Positions 47,399-55,345 of a DNA stretch of 64,000 nt are shown here, in pieces. Positions within the stretch are counted from its first letter, which is position 1; every line of letters starts with the position of its first letter. The notes under the pieces are model-generated. The model saw only the letters and a list, made by a program, of their open reading frames with translations, had not been told where the DNA came from and did not search any database. A program made the translations under genes and the position numbers. The stretch lies in sequence record KU521356.1, one strand, 5' to 3'.

Positions 47399-47887
47399 AT
47401 GGCTGAATTTATTATAGGTAAAGATATATTCAATGTACCTGGTGATCTTTATCTAATCACTGTTAATGTTGTTGGCGTCATGGGCGCTGGTTTAGCCAAA
47501 TCGTTTAAAGAAAAGTATCCTGAACTTTTTGAAAGATACAAACACGATTGCAAAAAGAGAATTATTACTATTGGTAATCCGGTTATTTACAAAGCATCCG
47601 ATGGTAAACGTTTCATGATGTTCCCTACTAAGGATAACTGGCAGAACCCATCTCAAATTAGTTTCATTGAACGTGGGCTAGAGTGGATGATGGAGAACGT
47701 ATCGGATTCTGCGGAAAATGAAGAAGACTGTATTCATCCAGATTGGAAAATTATCATACCACCTCTAGGGTGTGCTAATGGTGGATTAGATTTCTCTGAT
47801 GTTAGAACTATCATTGAAGATTGGTCTAATCACATGCCTAACCAGATTGTGGTTGTTTATCCACCGTGGATGGATTCATCGGTTTAA
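47399..47887 (+). CDS. DarG/TARG1-type macrodomain ADP-ribosylhydrolase (phiKZ gp104-like)
   Basis: TVNVVGVMGAGLAKSFKEKYP, FPTKDNW and IPPLGCANGGLDF match the DarG macrodomain signature; AAGGAG RBS. Confidence 0.85.
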   Translation: MAEFIIGKDIFNVPGDLYLITVNVVGVMGAGLAKSFKEKYPELFERYKHDCKKRIITIGNPVIYKASDGKRFMMFPTKDNWQNPSQISFIERGLEWMMENVSDSAENEEDCIHPDWKIIIPPLGCANGGLDFSDVRTIIEDWSNHMPNQIVVVYPPWMDSSV

Positions 47888-47892
47888 CATTG

Positions 47893-47912
47893 GCCTTCCC
47901 TCAGGGGAAGGC
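47893..47912 (+). terminator. Intrinsic terminator
   Basis: GCCTTCCCT-CA-GGGGAAGGC then TTTATG. Confidence 0.8.
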
Positions 47913-47936
47913 TTTATGTCGTATATTCAAACATAT

Positions 47937-47952
47937 TTAAACAGTATATTAC
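47937..47952 (+). promoter_or_regulatory. Early promoter TTAAACAGTATATTAC
   Basis: Exact TATATTAC at 47945-47952. Confidence 0.85.
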
Positions 47953-48009
47953 ATTTGTGACAATACTGTAAACATTATCATCCACTTAATGTAAAAAGGG
48001 GCTTTTATT

Positions 48010-48348
48010 ATGAAATTCAATACGATTGCAAAAGGTGTATCTTTTCTTCTGGCCACTGCATCACTAGCTGGAACTGGGTATGTTATCTACAAGAAGGCTA
48101 AGGAAACTAAAGCCAACTTTGACAAGCTCATGGGTTTCAGGGATCAGTTTAAAAGTATTTCAAAAGAGTATGGCGAATCAGATGAGTTCATGATGTTCGT
48201 CAATACTGCAATGACTGAGACAACTGACAGTGCTGTTGCTGAGAGCAATATTGAAAAACATCGACTGGATGTAATTCGTGATAAGCTGTCGATCATTTAT
48301 GGCGATGACTATACGAATCAAGTATTCGATACAGTTCGTAAGATGTAA
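48010..48348 (+). CDS. Early protein with an N-terminal membrane anchor
   Basis: VSFLLATASLAGTGYVIY followed by KKAKE. Confidence 0.75.
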   Translation: MKFNTIAKGVSFLLATASLAGTGYVIYKKAKETKANFDKLMGFRDQFKSISKEYGESDEFMMFVNTAMTETTDSAVAESNIEKHRLDVIRDKLSIIYGDDYTNQVFDTVRKM

Positions 48349-48456
48349 AAATGGATAGGGCCTCAGTGAGGCCCCATTCAAATATAATTACAATAATAAA
48401 ATTATATTTGAATGAGTTTGTTAAACCTTCAATTAATCGTAAAAAGGAAAATACAA

Positions 48457-48618
48457 ATGAATATTGATAAAGTTAAACTTCAAAAACTTATCGCGGATGT
48501 TCCTGAGGCACCTAAACACAAGAAGATTAAAAACGTCATCACCAAATATGCGGAGATAGCACTAGGAGTATATGTTGGTATTGTAATAGCTAAACGTGTT
48601 CTAAATATCAAGTTTTAA
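48457..48618 (+). CDS. 53-aa protein with a C-terminal hydrophobic segment
   Basis: AAGGA RBS before ATG at 48457 (MNIDKVKL). Confidence 0.65.
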   Translation: MNIDKVKLQKLIADVPEAPKHKKIKNVITKYAEIALGVYVGIVIAKRVLNIKF

Positions 48619-48663
48619 TATAATCAAAATAAATCTACATTCATTAACTAATAGGATATTATT

Positions 48664-48981
48664 ATGCTTTCCATTATCGGTAGTGTTGTAAAAACTGGTC
48701 TCATGCTGGCTGGTACCATCTATGTGTTCGAAGTCGGTGTGACTGTTTATAATGAGATTAAATTAGAAAAGAATATCCGTGAAAAAGTAAAGGACTATTC
48801 CGATTATATCAAATCTAATTCAGATAATACCACCGTGGAAGTAATGACGGACTTTATTGAAGTAGAGCTTATGTACGTCATTAATGATGGATTGGATATG
48901 TTTAATACCGTCAGTGATAAACATCGAATTAAATCAAAAATCCGTAACTGGATTAAGGATGCAATTAACAATGAACTCTAA
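48664..48981 (+). CDS. Early protein with an N-terminal membrane anchor
   Basis: AGGA RBS; hydrophobic N-terminus. Confidence 0.75.
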   Translation: MLSIIGSVVKTGLMLAGTIYVFEVGVTVYNEIKLEKNIREKVKDYSDYIKSNSDNTTVEVMTDFIEVELMYVINDGLDMFNTVSDKHRIKSKIRNWIKDAINNEL

Positions 48982-49411
48982 ACTATCTCTTACATTAGGG
49001 ATGGTAAGTGGAGCCGTACTCGGTAAGCTTGCTTGGGATTCTAGAGAAAAACTCTATGAATTCTATTATGGACGAATTATCATACATAGATTGAAAGCAT
49101 ATCAGAAAACGATCGATGTAGATAAGCTACCTTTTCACCCTGCAACTGCAATGATTCATTATCTTAAAGCTAGTATTAATGCTTCCAAGGAGACACTTGT
49201 GTCACTGGATCTACTTGAGAGCATTAATGAAGTAGGGCTTAAATATATTGAGTCAGTGCGATGCCGTTATGATACTGCATGGCAAATGAGTCTGCACAGG
49301 AGGCTTGTCAAACGGCAGAAAGAGATTGAAGAAGAGAATCGTCGTATCGAAGAAGAAGAACGACGTAATCGGAAACAACTTGATCTGTTCGATGATGTGT
49401 CAGATGTGTAA
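48971..49411 (+). CDS. Early protein with an N-terminal anchor and charged C-terminal coil
   Basis: ATG at 48971 (MNSKLSLTLGMVSGAVLG) overlapping the upstream stop region. Confidence 0.7.
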   Translation: MNSKLSLTLGMVSGAVLGKLAWDSREKLYEFYYGRIIIHRLKAYQKTIDVDKLPFHPATAMIHYLKASINASKETLVSLDLLESINEVGLKYIESVRCRYDTAWQMSLHRRLVKRQKEIEEENRRIEEEERRNRKQLDLFDDVSDV

Positions 49412-49419
49412 CTGATAAT

Positions 49420-49437
49420 GGGAGTCTTCGGACTCCC
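49420..49437 (+). terminator. Intrinsic terminator
   Basis: GGGAGTC-TTCG-GACTCCC then TTTTATTTT. Confidence 0.85.
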
Positions 49438-49498
49438 TTTTATTTTCTACATCGTATTATTTTTTAATCACTTCAATAAACGTAAATAGGTATACAAA

Positions 49499-49855
49499 AT
49501 GAATATTGATAAAGTATCACTCTGTCTTGGTATTTTTGTTGGTTCAGTTACAATGTGTGCAGTTGGTAAAATCTATCATAAAACTGTTATTGATGTAAAA
49601 ATCAATAAGTTGCGTAATGCTGCTTCAGTGTCTAATGAAATTCTTACAATGCTTTCTAAGCGTGCCTCTGTTATTCGCGCTGAGGTTATGCCAACCGCAG
49701 AAGACTTTATCGATTGTGAAGGTAAAGTACACAACAAACTCACTGAAGAGTTACAGGACATCGTCGCTGGTTTTAAAGTAGCGCCTGAACACGGGGCTAG
49801 TGTTAATACACGTATTAATGATTGGTTCCTACAAACGTTCCCAACTGTTTACTAA
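49499..49855 (+). CDS. Early protein with an N-terminal membrane anchor
   Basis: AGGT RBS; MNIDKVSLCLGIFVGSVTMCAVG. Confidence 0.75.
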   Translation: MNIDKVSLCLGIFVGSVTMCAVGKIYHKTVIDVKINKLRNAASVSNEILTMLSKRASVIRAEVMPTAEDFIDCEGKVHNKLTEELQDIVAGFKVAPEHGASVNTRINDWFLQTFPTVY

Positions 49856-49865
49856 TAGGTGATAT

Positions 49866-50288
49866 ATGTCAAAAGTAGTATTTCCTAATGGTCTACTAAT
49901 AGCGCTCATGCAAAACTTCGATCACACTCTCGAATGTTTTGATCATGATGTTAGTGTTTTTAAAAAGGCACTCAGTGACCTAGATAATAAAATTAAAGGT
50001 GGTATTAAGTCACTTGATAATGATTACCCTAATGCTAAAATTGCATTAGAACGCATTCTTGAAGAACTTTTTAAAAGAGGATTACATATCCCTGGGCCTT
50101 CTGGAAAAGCATTTGTCATTGAAAAAGTTCACATTGTAGATAGCACAGGTGTGGCTAAGGCATACCGTGTCAGTTACAATGATGAAAAAGCTATGCCTGA
50201 ATATGTATCAGCCGATAATGTATGGGGTGCACTAATTTCATATCAAAAACGTAGTCGTAGTGCAAATCCATTCAAACCAACTGCGTGA
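49866..50288 (+). CDS. Hypothetical protein
   Basis: AGGTGA RBS, 140 aa. Confidence 0.75.
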   Translation: MSKVVFPNGLLIALMQNFDHTLECFDHDVSVFKKALSDLDNKIKGGIKSLDNDYPNAKIALERILEELFKRGLHIPGPSGKAFVIEKVHIVDSTGVAKAYRVSYNDEKAMPEYVSADNVWGALISYQKRSRSANPFKPTA

Positions 50289-50359
50289 AAAGGATCTGAT
50301 GGTTAAAGCCATAATCCATTATCGTATTACATAATACCTGCAAAAGAAGGAATAAGTCA

Positions 50360-50611
50360 ATGAGCGAATCTAAAGAAGTTATCAACATGGTGGAATGTTT
50401 TATCAGTGAATCTTACATGGAGCCAGGTGTTGACCACAATCGTCGGATTTTGATGCGTGAATACGGGATCAACCCTAACAGCGGTATACCACTTCGGGGG
50501 AACTGGGTTCTGCGTAACATGCTCACTGGGGAATTTATCGACAATGATAAATACCTCAACGATATTGTTGAACGTAATTCCATCCAATTCGAACGCAATA
50601 CCTTCGTCTAG
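50360..50611 (+). CDS. Hypothetical protein (REYGINP paralog 1)
   Basis: AAGGA RBS; paralog at 51605..51880. Confidence 0.8.
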   Translation: MSESKEVINMVECFISESYMEPGVDHNRRILMREYGINPNSGIPLRGNWVLRNMLTGEFIDNDKYLNDIVERNSIQFERNTFV

Positions 50612-50646
50612 CTATAATTAATCCAAATCTGAAAATAGGTCAAACC

Positions 50647-51030
50647 ATGAACGAACACATTCAAAAGAAAATCAACCAGGGTACTGGCAGACTGGCTATG
50701 TGCAACTTCGACAAAATGAACTATGTTCAGGGTCGTGAGTACTATGCCATCTCAGATAGTGGTTTACTTGAACAAATCGTTGCTCTATGCGCAGTTCAGT
50801 GGCCTCAGGAAATGGCCAACTACCTGCATGATGAAAGCGCTCTGTTCTGGGCTCTTTTCGACCGTGGTATCGTAGCTGATGGTAAACCTCGCGCCGACCG
50901 TAAAGACTTCATCTACGAACGCCTTGGTTTCATCCACAAGAAGAAGTTCAAAAAATACGGCTTGTCTATTCTACAGCGTGCGCGCACCCGCTCGATGGCT
51001 AGTTTTGAGAAAGCTCAAGAGACTTGCTGA
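50647..51030 (+). CDS. Hypothetical protein
   Basis: AGGT RBS, 127 aa. Confidence 0.75.
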   Translation: MNEHIQKKINQGTGRLAMCNFDKMNYVQGREYYAISDSGLLEQIVALCAVQWPQEMANYLHDESALFWALFDRGIVADGKPRADRKDFIYERLGFIHKKKFKKYGLSILQRARTRSMASFEKAQETC

Positions 51031-51065
51031 GCTATGCTGCAACACCAATACGAGGATCGTTAATT

Positions 51066-51563
51066 ATGAACCGCATGATTCCTGCAAATGAGCGTGACAG
51101 TGAACTCAGTCTCTATGGCTATTTGACCTCTGTTGTAACTGGTGGGGTTGCTTGGGATTATAACCCTATCGTTCTGCTGGAGAAGATGTGTAATCGTGAT
51201 GATGAGGCCATCTGCATGGGTGAACCCAATTACGATCAATTACGTTTGATCGGTGCAAGGGGTATGTTCGAACAGATCTCTGAAAACATACTGTCTCGTA
51301 ATGAACAAATCATGGATGGTGTTCGTGATTTCTTCAAAGATGGTCTCCAGTTGAAAACCAATGTAGATGACATGTTGGTGAGACTGAATTATCAAACTGT
51401 GCATAACGGGACTGATATGGGTGAGGTGATCATGGTAAACTTGTTCAAAAAAATTGATGGTGATTATGTGGTTGCTCATAAGTGCACATATGACCCTCAA
51501 GATTGGAAACATGCGTTATATTACTTCACCAATGCCTCCATGATCAGTCAAAAACAAAAATAA
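51066..51563 (+). CDS. Hypothetical protein
   Basis: GAGGA RBS before ATG at 51066 (MNRMIP). Confidence 0.7.
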   Translation: MNRMIPANERDSELSLYGYLTSVVTGGVAWDYNPIVLLEKMCNRDDEAICMGEPNYDQLRLIGARGMFEQISENILSRNEQIMDGVRDFFKDGLQLKTNVDDMLVRLNYQTVHNGTDMGEVIMVNLFKKIDGDYVVAHKCTYDPQDWKHALYYFTNASMISQKQK

Positions 51564-51604
51564 ATATCATGCATATCCCTTCAGGTAATTTTAGAGAGGT
51601 TATT

Positions 51605-51880
51605 ATGAGCAATAAAGATGTATCGATGATTCCAGTTTATGAAAATCACTTTGTCACTACTGGTGCTACTCCACGACATGAAGCAATTGTGGTATGTCGT
51701 GAATATGGTATTAATCCATTAGATGATGCACCATTTCGGGGTTCATGGGTGATGCGCTACCGAGAGACTGGAAAATTCATTGATTGTTCCAGGGATATTG
51801 ATGATTTAGCTAAGAAATATAATCTGACCATTCATAAACCAACCATTGAATTATACACCAGCACGTATATTGGTCAATAG
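51605..51880 (+). CDS. Hypothetical protein (REYGINP paralog 2)
   Basis: GAGGT RBS before ATG at 51605 (MSNKDVSM). Confidence 0.8.
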   Translation: MSNKDVSMIPVYENHFVTTGATPRHEAIVVCREYGINPLDDAPFRGSWVMRYRETGKFIDCSRDIDDLAKKYNLTIHKPTIELYTSTYIGQ

Positions 51881-51885
51881 AAAAA

Positions 51886-51910
51886 AAACCACCCTATATA
51901 AGGGTGGTTT
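51886..51910. terminator. Terminator-like hairpin
   Basis: AAACCACCCT-ATATA-AGGGTGGTTT. Confidence 0.65.
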
Positions 51911-51926
51911 ATAAAAGAGGTGAAAT

Positions 51927-52190
51927 ATGCATAAACTTAATCCTGGTTGTTATCCATTAACTATAAATCCTAATGGTAAGTTTCTGAATAAAGACGATTT
52001 ACGGAATCTTCCCAATGGGATTTATGTAACTTCTCCGTTACATGGTCCTAGGGTATATAGCCATGATCGACGCGTTATGGTTGATGGTGATTATTGTTAT
52101 CTAATCACTGCACCGAACATAAAATTCAAGGTAAGTGATTTCTTTAAATATAATGTAGTTTATTATCCGAGCATTTACCTCAAGAGGTAA
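51927..52190 (+). CDS. Hypothetical protein (NLPxG...HGP paralog 1)
   Basis: GAGGTG RBS; paralog at 52546..52773. Confidence 0.75.
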   Translation: MHKLNPGCYPLTINPNGKFLNKDDLRNLPNGIYVTSPLHGPRVYSHDRRVMVDGDYCYLITAPNIKFKVSDFFKYNVVYYPSIYLKR

Positions 52191-52197
52191 TAAATAA

Positions 52198-52482
52198 ATG
52201 GCAAACGAATGCACTCCCGGTGTCTGGGATACACTAGTTGACTCGACAAAAGAAACTGAAAACCTACGTATCCGTTCCCAACTCATGCGGGCTCTCACCC
52301 GTACTATAAAGGGCTGGGATCTTCCGCAAAAAGACGCTGCTGCTCGCCTACATGTTACGCAACCGAGATTGAATGATCTTCTCAAAGGCAAGATTGACAA
52401 GTTCTCTCTGGACGCCCTGGTAAACCTACTGGACGCGGCTGATCTGACTCTTGAGATATCAGTGATCCCACGTGCAGTATAA
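52198..52482 (+). CDS. XRE-family helix-turn-helix protein, HigA-like antitoxin type
   Basis: LPQKDAAARLHVTQPRLNDLLKGKIDKFSLDALV is a typical XRE HTH of the class partnered with RelE/HigB toxins; GAGGT RBS. Confidence 0.85.
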   Translation: MANECTPGVWDTLVDSTKETENLRIRSQLMRALTRTIKGWDLPQKDAAARLHVTQPRLNDLLKGKIDKFSLDALVNLLDAADLTLEISVIPRAV

Positions 52483-52545
52483 ACCATGGGGACGCAGCTT
52501 GATACGGCCACCGGGTGGTTTCATGACAGCAAGGAAATAAAGAAA

Positions 52546-52773
52546 ATGACAACTGATAAAAAGTTTAGCATTAAAGAACTCGGATGGGAAAAAGCCACTA
52601 ATCTACCCGATGGTGAATACTACACTATTCCTAAACATGGACCACAAAACTGGCGGTATGATCGCAAGATTATCAAAACCAAGAACAGTGTAAAACTGGT
52701 AAATGAACCAGATTATAGCTGGTCAGCCCCATTCTTTTTCGAGGCAAATAACTTGTTAATCGAAGAACCATGA
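52546..52773 (+). CDS. Hypothetical protein (NLPxG...HGP paralog 2)
   Basis: ATG at 52546 (MTTDKK) after AAGGA. Confidence 0.7.
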   Translation: MTTDKKFSIKELGWEKATNLPDGEYYTIPKHGPQNWRYDRKIIKTKNSVKLVNEPDYSWSAPFFFEANNLLIEEP

Positions 52774-52931
52774 CTATGAAACGATCACCAGGTTATTTTA
52801 AAAGAGTAGTAAAAGAACTAACTGAGCGAGAGAATATTATACATCAGAAAGTTCTTAAATACATCAATGATAATCCGAATATTTCTTATAAAGAAGCACG
52901 TCAGATAGTAACTAAGGAGATTATAAAGTGA
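52770..52931 (+). CDS. 53-aa basic protein missed by the track
   Basis: ATGA overlap upstream and GTGA overlap downstream; MTMKRSPGYFKRVVKELTEREN...VTKEIIK. Confidence 0.7.
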   Translation: MTMKRSPGYFKRVVKELTERENIIHQKVLKYINDNPNISYKEARQIVTKEIIK

Positions 52932-53140
52932 CTATTTCAATTCCTGCATCAGTTCGTGGTGAGTTTGGAATTTATTACAAAAATAATAAGAATCTTCGAC
53001 TGGGTCAGGCATGGCATAATTACATGCGTCTTGAAAATATCCAAAATGAAATGGATAAAGAATGGGCTGATAAACTCTGGAATGCTTCTGATAAAGAAGC
53101 AGCTGATATGGTTGATGAAGCCACTAATTGGACTATGTAA
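52928..53140 (+). CDS. Hypothetical protein (70 aa)
   Basis: AAGGAG RBS before the GTG start. Confidence 0.75.
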   Translation: MTISIPASVRGEFGIYYKNNKNLRLGQAWHNYMRLENIQNEMDKEWADKLWNASDKEAADMVDEATNWTM

Positions 53141-53179
53141 CTAAACAATATTTACTATAGTAAATAAGGAGAAATACAA

Positions 53180-53323
53180 ATGACTAATGAAGAAATTATC
53201 GTAGATGAAAGTAAATGGGCCGATGACAGCGAGATGGTTGGCTGTAAACCAGTTGATCTGTTTATTGATTTTTACTGGGTAGAGCCCACTCATCATACTC
53301 AAGAAGGAAAAGAGGATAATTAA
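53180..53323 (+). CDS. 47-aa acidic microprotein
   Basis: AAGGAG RBS; MTNEEIIVDESKWADDSEMVGCKPVDLFIDFYWVEPTHHTQEGKEDN. Confidence 0.7.
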   Translation: MTNEEIIVDESKWADDSEMVGCKPVDLFIDFYWVEPTHHTQEGKEDN

Positions 53324-53324
53324 C

Positions 53325-53599
53325 ATGGGTGAATATACACAGAATGGTATTCGTCATTTTCGTCCGGATGATACCGAAGATACCTTTTATATCTTGGGTG
53401 ATTGTTATGTAGCCAATACTATCGCCGATATTATCGAGATGGCAACTAAGAAATGGGGTGATGGTATTACTCTTGTATGATTAATATCAGTACTGAATAT
53501 ATTCATACAAGTTGTCTAGGGTATGATGAGTACGACCCCAGCGATTACAGTAATTATTTATGCATCTCTCGTGTTAGGGAAACATCGCTGGTTAAATAA
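53325..53599 (+). pseudogene. Small phage gene apparently split by a 1-nt frameshift (53325..53480 and 53477..53599)
   Basis: GAGGA RBS; a 51-aa part stops at GTA TGA and the -1 frame continues INISTEYIHTSCLGYDEYDPSDYSNYLCIS. One added base near 53475 would fuse them. Confidence 0.5.
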
Positions 53600-53613
53600 A
53601 TTAACGACATAAT

Positions 53614-53633
53614 CCCTCTCCTTCGGGAGAGGG
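53614..53633 (+). terminator. Intrinsic terminator
   Basis: CCCTCTCC-TTCG-GGAGAGGG (UUCG loop). Confidence 0.8.
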
Positions 53634-53668
53634 CATTTATTCAGTTAAACTTTTAAGAATAAAAGAAT

Positions 53669-53696
53669 TAGCCCTACTGTTACAGCAGTAGGGCTA
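53669..53696. terminator. Second terminator-like hairpin
   Basis: TAGCCCTACTG...CAGTAGGGCTA followed by TATG. Confidence 0.6.
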
Positions 53697-53764
53697 TATG
53701 CCGTTGAGTAAAAAATACTCAACATTTTCGCCCAAGTGGGCTTGGATTAACAAGAGGAACAATC

Positions 53765-54070
53765 ATGTTAATTCCAGTTACCGCTAACAATGTTAGCCCT
53801 GACCTGCACAGAATGCAGGAAGTAGGTTTCTTTTTCAAGAGACCCGATGGATCAACCCATAGCATGTCGGTTGCGAAAACGCAAGCCGATAATGTTATCC
53901 AATGTCGAGATCGTAGAGGTAACTTCATTGGTTATTGGGCTGGCCCTACAATAGGATACGTCAACAACGCAGGTTTAGCCGTATCCATCAACCCCTTCGA
54001 CAATTTCATAGTAACATACACTGACATGGATCAGAAGAAGTTCTATGTAACCGAAAGGAGAAGCCTATGA
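53765..54070 (+). CDS. Hypothetical protein (101 aa)
   Basis: GAGGA RBS; ends before a terminator. Confidence 0.75.
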   Translation: MLIPVTANNVSPDLHRMQEVGFFFKRPDGSTHSMSVAKTQADNVIQCRDRRGNFIGYWAGPTIGYVNNAGLAVSINPFDNFIVTYTDMDQKKFYVTERRSL

Positions 54071-54078
54071 TAAACAAC

Positions 54079-54098
54079 CCCTCTCCTAAAGGAGAGGG
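54079..54098 (+). terminator. Intrinsic terminator
   Basis: CCCTCTCC-TAAA-GGAGAGGG with a T run shortly downstream. Confidence 0.75.
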
Positions 54099-54120
54099 AC
54101 TTATCTGAATTCTTTTTTTG

Positions 54121-54686
54121 TTTAAGTGAGAGCCGCCCGCTAAAGCGGCTCCCAAGTGGAGTTAAGTCTCCCGCTAAAGAGAAACTCCAGAATACATGGG
54201 GTAGCGACTCCTCATGTAGATATCCTAATTAATCTCTTTAGCTAGTAATCAATACCAGTTATCACTCGTTGATAATTGATTTGTTTATTAACTAATTTGA
54301 CTTAATCAGAATAATCAATACATATTGTTAATAACCTAGTATATTATTACCAGTATCATTGAGTAATACTGGTAATCAAATATTACTCATGAATATTACC
54401 TAATGTGGAACTGATGAATCGGATCGCCCCGTAGGGGCTTTTATTTCATAATAAACTATACCGAAGGTATATCCTTATTCTAATAATAAACAATATTAGC
54501 ATTATTCTAATAGCGTTAGCTAATACATACTGTCTCCCTAAAAGGAGACACAGTGTAGATTATATTTTTTTTAATTAAAAAATAATAAGTCTAGAGATAG
54601 ACTTTCTTTATGCCTTTAATACCTTCTAATTTGCTCTATAATCGATTTTATTCATTATCTACTAGCATATTAGCCATACGACATAA
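54121..54686. other. AT-rich non-coding region containing at least eight inverted repeats
   Basis: No credible ORF; hairpins at 54130-54151, 54157-54189, 54193-54218, 54256-54278, 54346-54376, 54426-54438, 54457-54471, 54531-54550 and 54588-54603. Confidence 0.7.
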
Positions 54687-54706
54687 AAGCCCTCCTATGA
54701 GGGCTT
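54687..54706 (-). terminator. Intrinsic terminator for the leftward operon
   Basis: AAGCCCTC-CTAT-GAGGGCTT with a TTTATG tail on the minus strand. Confidence 0.75.
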
Positions 54707-54713
54707 AAATGCT

Positions 54714-54950
54714 TTATTTTTCATTAGTCGGATATAGGAGTACAATAGACTCTGCGCATACTTTAATAACTTGGATATTTTCACTGTCATTATTTTTTGA
54801 TTGTTTATTTTTAACGCAGTATTCAAATTGTTGGGATTTGAGTTTATATACATTATTGTTCTCTTCTCCCAGTATTCCTCCAAATACCAATCCTAGGATA
54901 AATATTAATAAACCACCAATAAAGATAATATAAACATTACCATAGTACAT
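54714..54950 (-). CDS. Small membrane-anchored protein with two Cys
   Basis: N-terminal hydrophobic helix; GGAG upstream; 1 nt from the previous stop. Confidence 0.7.
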   Translation of the reverse strand: MYYGNVYIIFIGGLLIFILGLVFGGILGEENNNVYKLKSQQFEYCVKNKQSKNNDSENIQVIKVCAESIVLLYPTNEK

Positions 54951-54951
54951 A

Positions 54952-55320
54952 TTACATTAACTCCTTTACATCATCTGGAATAGATTCACACCGATCTAAA
55001 TCCCAGTAGATGTGTGTATAGTGATCTTGGTTTACGATACTGATAAAATCCCCATTAGGATCGGGTAATGGTTTACGGATAATATCAACGTAAATAGTGT
55101 AATATAAATAAAGATCACTGATGAGTTCATCAATGTTTAAATTATTACCCTCTGCATATTTCCCATATTTAAAATAATGGGCTTCTTCTGCTACAGCATA
55201 ACGGATTTTATCGTAATTTTGTGATGCGGCATATACACGTGCAAATAGAGGGCGATTAAACTTTCTACATTCACTAATATTTTTTCTTAAAGTATTTACT
55301 AAATTATCAATTGCACTCAT
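54952..55320 (-). CDS. Hypothetical protein (122 aa)
   Basis: AGGT RBS. Confidence 0.75.
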   Translation of the reverse strand: MSAIDNLVNTLRKNISECRKFNRPLFARVYAASQNYDKIRYAVAEEAHYFKYGKYAEGNNLNIDELISDLYLYYTIYVDIIRKPLPDPNGDFISIVNQDHYTHIYWDLDRCESIPDDVKELM

Positions 55321-55345
55321 TTAGATTACCTATTAAAATTATAGT

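Noticed and set aside
54411-54417. CTGATGA resembling a hammerhead ribozyme core
   Set aside because: No stem II followed by GAAA and no stems I/III could be built.
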